Origin: an uncultured Armatimonadia bacterium
GTDB taxonomy: Bacteria > Armatimonadota > Zipacnadia > Zipacnadales > JABUFB01
Length of the DNA: 39,795 nucleotides
NCBI GenBank assembly: GCA_964639415.1
Contig: CAZXDD010000003.1
Span: 1-39,795, forward strand
Direction: 5' to 3'
Part shown: positions 35,925 through 39,795 of the stretch, piece after piece
Layout: each line of letters begins with the position of its first letter
Numbering within the stretch: position 1 is the stretch's first letter
The notes under the pieces: generated by a model
The model's database searches: none
What the model was told of the DNA's origin: nothing
What the model saw: the letters and a program-made list of their open reading frames with translations, nothing else
Translations under genes and position numbers: made by a program

Positions 35925-36893
35925 ATGATCAGAGTCGGACTGATTTCCGCCGCTTCGTACGCACCGACCTTCAACGGCGCAGACGTCCCCCGCAAGGCGG
36001 CCATGACCCACGGGCCCATCTTCTCCTGCTGCTTCAACGGCTACGACCCGGCCCAACTGCCGGACCATGCGGGCGAAGGCAAGTTCCCCTTCAACCCTGT
36101 GGAGCGCAAGTTTGAGGGCGTGCGGGCCGTCAAGATCTGGGACCCGGTCCCGGAGGCCGCCCGGCATCTGGCGGCCATTGTCGGCATCGAGGAGGTCTGC
36201 GATACCCCCGAGCAGTGCACCGAGGGCGTCGATGCCGTGATCATCCCCGATGACGGCTCCGGCAGTCAGTACCGGTATGCCGCTGCCGCCCTGGAAAAGG
36301 GGCTCCCGACCTTCTGCGACAAGCCCCTGGCCATGACCGCACAGGAGGCCAAGCGCATCGCGCAGATCGCCCGCGAGCACAACGCCCCCTTCATGTCCGC
36401 CAGCTCGCTGCGCTTTGTCCCCGACATCGTGGCCCTCAAGGAGGAAGTCGCCTCCGGGGCCTTCGGCGAGGTGAACCTCGTCACCGTCGCCGGCGGCGGA
36501 GACCCCATCTGGTACGGCATCCACGCGCTTTCCATGGCCTACGGCGTGTTTGAGCCCGGCGCGGTCTCCTGTCTCAATGTGGGCGTGGCCGACAAGAACG
36601 TGGTCCGGGTGCGCTTCGAGGGCGGGCGCGACGTGATCCTCATGGTCGGACAGCCCCCGCAGATGTGCGGCGGGTACCAGATCAACCTCTACGGAACGAA
36701 GGGCTGGAAGTCGCTGACCCCGAGCCTGAGCGATCTCTACGTCTACCTGATGCAGCGGTTCATCGCCCTGGTGCGTGACGGCGAGGTGAGCGTGCCGATC
36801 GAGGAGGAGGTGGAGGTGATCGCGGTACTGGAGGCCGGTCAGCGGTCACTTCGCGAGGAGCGAGAGGTGAGCATCGCCGAGATGCTAGAGTAG
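35925..36893 (+). CDS. Gfo/Idh/MocA-like oxidoreductase (divergent Rossmann motif)
   Basis: Trimmed to ATG 35925 (GGAGG upstream). IRVGLISAASY and the FCDKPLAMT (EKP-like) motif. Confidence 0.6.
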   Translation: MIRVGLISAASYAPTFNGADVPRKAAMTHGPIFSCCFNGYDPAQLPDHAGEGKFPFNPVERKFEGVRAVKIWDPVPEAARHLAAIVGIEEVCDTPEQCTEGVDAVIIPDDGSGSQYRYAAAALEKGLPTFCDKPLAMTAQEAKRIAQIAREHNAPFMSASSLRFVPDIVALKEEVASGAFGEVNLVTVAGGGDPIWYGIHALSMAYGVFEPGAVSCLNVGVADKNVVRVRFEGGRDVILMVGQPPQMCGGYQINLYGTKGWKSLTPSLSDLYVYLMQRFIALVRDGEVSVPIEEEVEVIAVLEAGQRSLREEREVSIAEMLE

Positions 36894-37087
36894 CCCATGG
36901 CTCGCCGGAGGGCACTGCGGACGAGCCACAGCAGGACGAGTGCCTCGCCGGGGGGGCGGCGATCCGGTGGAGCAGGGGGCGTGTGGCAGGCGTGGGCAGG
37001 TCCATTTGCGGCGCAGGGTGAATACTCCGCTGTGCCGCAGTTCGCGCCGGACGCGGCCGGGGGACGTCGTTGGTTCCCTGTGGACGC

Positions 37088-38680
37088 ATGTCAGATGAGA
37101 GGACGGTACCTACTTTGAGACTCTTCAGCACACTACTTGTGGTCGCGCTCGCCTGCGCGAGCTGCGCGGTCGGGGCAACCTACCGGGAGATCACCGACGT
37201 CGGGCCCTGGGGCGACTACGAGGCCTTTCCCGACGTGTGCACAATGGGAAACGGCGATCTATATGTTGTCTTCTACGCGGGCCTGGGCCATGTGACCAAC
37301 CCAAGTGAGAAGCTGCCCAGGGGCGGGGCGATCTACGGCCTGCGCTCTTCAGATCAGGGAGCCACGTGGTCGGAGCCAATCCTGGTGGTAGACACCGAGG
37401 AGGATGACCGCGACCCCCACGTGACCCAGCTTGCCAACGGCGATCTGATCGTCTCGTACTTCACCAGCCGCTACTATACCGAGGACGGCAACAACAAGCG
37501 GGACTGCGACGTCTTCGTGGTGCTCTCCTCCGACGGCGGCGACACCTGGGGCGAGCCCATCCATGTGGACACGCCTTACTCGGAGAAGACGGACCGTGGG
37601 CGGGCGGTCTACGTCTCAGGGCCCGTGATACAGCTCGAGGGCAGTCACGTCGCGCTACCGATCTACCACGGGCTGAACGCGGGCCACTACGTCACGGCCG
37701 TGGTGCATTCCGATGACTACGGAAAGACGTGGGACAAGGTGGCGGTGGTGGACGAGGAGGCCTCCATCGCCTTCTCCAGTGGCTTTTGCGAGGCCTCCAT
37801 CGCGCGGTTGGGTGACGGCCGCCTGATCATCGTCATGCGCCCCGGGATGCACGTGGCCTTCTCTGAGGACGAGGGCTACACCTGGGGCAAAGCGGTGCAA
37901 ATGCCCCACCGCGGCGACGCCCCCACGGTGCTGCGGACCTCGCAGGGGATGCTCCTGGTGGCGCACCGTCATCCGGGAACCGCCGTGACCATCTCCACCG
38001 ACGATGGGCAGACCTGGGGTGCACCGTGGCCTGTCGATACGGTGGGCGGCGCCTACCCCGGGCTTGCCGAGCTGGCCGACGGGTCCATCATCTGCATCTA
38101 CTACGAGGAGGGCGCGGCCTCCGACATCCGTCAGGCGATCTTCAGGGTCGAGCCCGGCATCCTGCTGGCCGACCTCGCCTTGCGCTTCCCGTCGCAGCCG
38201 CCTCCGGGGGTGAAGATCGACCTGCCCGCACTCCACGGCTCCGGGGGCGTGGAGATCGAGACCGACATGACCCACACGGAGAAGACCCCGGGAGGCGGGC
38301 CCACGGCGGTTTTCGACGGGAACACCGATTACATGCACGCCGCCTGGAAGGCCGCCGACAACGTGGACGCCACCTACACGCTGCGGTTCGCGCGGGAGCG
38401 GGAGCTGACGGGCCTGGGGATCTGTCTGAAGACCAGCCGAGAGGCAAGCCGGTGGCCGCAATCGGCGGACGTCTATGTCTCGGTGGACGGCGAGACCTGG
38501 GGCGATCCCGTCGCCAGCTATACGGACGTGGCATCCACGGCGATCGAGTACACGCGATTCGCCCGGCCGACGAAGGCACGGTTCGTGAAGGTCCACATCA
38601 CCAAGTCCACGGGCTGGCCGTCGCTGAACGAGCTGGAGCTCTACGAAGCGGCAACGGCCGCCGAGCCGGCCACGAACTAG
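37088..38680 (+). CDS. BNR/Asp-box (sialidase-fold) protein with C-terminal F5/8 type C (discoidin)-like domain
   Basis: Asp-boxes SSDQGATW, SSDGGDTW, SDDYGKTW, SEDEGYTW and STDDGQTW. The C-terminus (FVKVHITKSTGWPSLNELELYE) is discoidin-like. Signal peptide after ATG 37088. Confidence 0.85.
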   Translation: MSDERTVPTLRLFSTLLVVALACASCAVGATYREITDVGPWGDYEAFPDVCTMGNGDLYVVFYAGLGHVTNPSEKLPRGGAIYGLRSSDQGATWSEPILVVDTEEDDRDPHVTQLANGDLIVSYFTSRYYTEDGNNKRDCDVFVVLSSDGGDTWGEPIHVDTPYSEKTDRGRAVYVSGPVIQLEGSHVALPIYHGLNAGHYVTAVVHSDDYGKTWDKVAVVDEEASIAFSSGFCEASIARLGDGRLIIVMRPGMHVAFSEDEGYTWGKAVQMPHRGDAPTVLRTSQGMLLVAHRHPGTAVTISTDDGQTWGAPWPVDTVGGAYPGLAELADGSIICIYYEEGAASDIRQAIFRVEPGILLADLALRFPSQPPPGVKIDLPALHGSGGVEIETDMTHTEKTPGGGPTAVFDGNTDYMHAAWKAADNVDATYTLRFARERELTGLGICLKTSREASRWPQSADVYVSVDGETWGDPVASYTDVASTAIEYTRFARPTKARFVKVHITKSTGWPSLNELELYEAATAAEPATN

Positions 38681-38723
38681 AGGTCCGGCCCAAAAGCCGG
38701 GCGTGCTGTTGCGATGTCATCCT

Positions 38724-38856
38724 GAGCGCCCATCTCGCGCAGCGAGATACCGGAGGATCTCGTTGAATGTGACGAGATTCCTCGAGCTGCTCCCTTCGGG
38801 AGCGGACGCTCTCAGAATGACACTCTCGGCGAACGGAGCTCTTCGGCCGCACTTCT
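38724..38856 (+). repeat. Structured intergenic repeat, copy 2
   Basis: Aligns with 1..136 and has the same three hairpins and closing helix. It is preceded by gtcatcct (38716-38723), which would lie before the window start in copy 1. Confidence 0.8.
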
Positions 38857-39025
38857 GGATGGCTACATGGGGCGCACTACCCGAAACAAGCCGGTGGCCA
38901 CCCCGTAGATCGGACTTCCCGACGCCACCGGCGGCATCACAGCCACTGCGCCACCGCAACCGCTGCCCCCATGGAGGGCACCTGCTTTGCTCGTTCGCAG
39001 GCCCCTCCATGGGAGCGTTTCCCCC

Positions 39026-39795
39026 TCATTTCGCCAGCCGGATCTCCCCCATCCGCGTGGGCTCGCGGAAGCCGCCGTAGGTCGGCGACCAGGCCAGCGA
39101 CCGGACCATCCTGGTAGCCCGGATCGCGTTGAAACACAGCGTGTCTCCCGGCTCCGCCCCGCCCCAGACCAGCCGGTCCAACGGCAGCGCCATCCGCACC
39201 CGCCACCGGTCCGGTGCCGAGACGTCTGAATGCAGAACCACGCCGCTATCCCACTCACCGGTGGGCTCGTCGTAGGCGATGTCGAAGTGCACTCCGGCGG
39301 CGTTCAGGCCCATCTGGCGATAGCGCGGTCCGCGCTCGCGGGCGAAGAACACCTCCCACTCGTCCTCGTCCCACACGGTGACCGAGCCCCCCAGTACCAG
39401 CCCGGCCGGGTCGATCCCGGCCTCCTCCAGCTCCAGATACAGGTATGCGCCGTCGTGGGCCATGCGCGCCTGTACCTGACGGTCGGTGGGCTCGCCCCGC
39501 AGACTGCAGAAGTCTCCGAGCACCGCCGTCTTGTCCCAGTCGGCCTTCTCAAGGTCGCCCTGTGCCGGCTCGATGCGCGGGATATCGGCACCCGGCAGCT
39601 CCGAGCCGCGCCGTGCCTGCATCTGCAGGAGGCGCTCGCGGCCCTCGCGCATCCAGCGGTAGACCCCGCGGTGAAACAGGGCCACGCGCCGTTGCTCCGC
39701 CTCCGTGCCTTCCCGCGCCAGGCGCCGCGCCCGCGACAGCAGTCTCCCGTACTGTCGCAGCCGCTCCTGAGTGCCCAGCATGGTCCAGGCCCGCA
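39026..39795 (-). CDS. C-terminal part of a glycan-active protein with CBM9/DOMON-like domain (5' end outside window)
   Basis: The frame stays open upstream of Met 39781 to the window edge. The tail (GVHFDIAYDE...WRVRMALPLDRL...FNAIR) resembles carbohydrate-binding family 9-type modules found at the C-termini of DUF4838-type proteins. Confidence 0.6.
   Translation of the reverse strand, partial: RAWTMLGTQERLRQYGRLLSRARRLAREGTEAEQRRVALFHRGVYRWMREGRERLLQMQARRGSELPGADIPRIEPAQGDLEKADWDKTAVLGDFCSLRGEPTDRQVQARMAHDGAYLYLELEEAGIDPAGLVLGGSVTVWDEDEWEVFFARERGPRYRQMGLNAAGVHFDIAYDEPTGEWDSGVVLHSDVSAPDRWRVRMALPLDRLVWGGAEPGDTLCFNAIRATRMVRSLAWSPTYGGFREPTRMGEIRLAK

Noticed and set aside
1-38856. Treating the two ~135-nt direct repeats as att-like borders of a 38.7-kb mobile island.
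   Set aside because: There is no integrase, transposase, conjugation gene or tRNA anywhere between them. The interior is heterogeneous. The element looks like a dispersed REP/MITE-type repeat that may have many copies.
38703-39080. 125-aa plus-strand ORF and the overlapping minus-strand ORFs (38717..39010, 38863..39258) in the last intergenic region.
   Set aside because: They run across the structured repeat element and have intergenic-like composition. They are most likely artefacts.
1-39795. Scan of all intergenic gaps for tRNA, rRNA, CRISPR arrays and transposase/integrase genes.
   Set aside because: No spaced direct-repeat arrays, no cloverleaf with proper 7-nt loops, no rRNA-like stretch and no recombinase motifs were seen. 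This was an eye scan only, so small ncRNAs cannot be excluded.

Overview
GC-rich bacterial window, probably from a metagenome. The gene content resembles Armatimonadota or Planctomycetota, but lineage cannot be determined from the sequence alone. I picked about 24 real genes out of a dense field of high-GC shadow ORFs, using domain motifs, GC3-rich codon usage and Shine-Dalgarno-like motifs.

There are three blocks:

(i) 135-5766, minus strand. A co-directional Ubl - E1 - JAMM/JAB - E2 - RING - FHA cluster, i.e. a complete eukaryote-type ubiquitin-like conjugation cascade. The JAB, RING and FHA proteins all carry predicted transmembrane segments. A membrane-anchored trypsin-like protease lies upstream.

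(ii) 7403-22713 and 29702-39795. A glycan-degradation island with two BNR/sialidase-fold proteins, two heparinase II/III-like proteins, and GH5-like, DUF4091-like and DUF4838-like proteins. It also has two Gfo/Idh/MocA-like oxidoreductases, an MDR dehydrogenase, a URO-D-like protein and a DUF4139-like protein.

(iii) 22927-29647, embedded inside that island. A stand-alone two-blade GyrA-CTD-like mini-protein, then a translationally coupled three-gene operon. The operon encodes a 446-aa protein with no domain I can name, a 699-aa double-HKD PLD-family protein and a 947-aa SNF2-family helicase, with no methyltransferase nearby. This is my best candidate for an undescribed defence-type system. 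The membrane-tethered RING-containing Ubl cascade is the other main candidate.

A ~135-nt highly structured repeat occurs at both ends of the window. I saw no rRNA, tRNA, CRISPR array, transposase or integrase.
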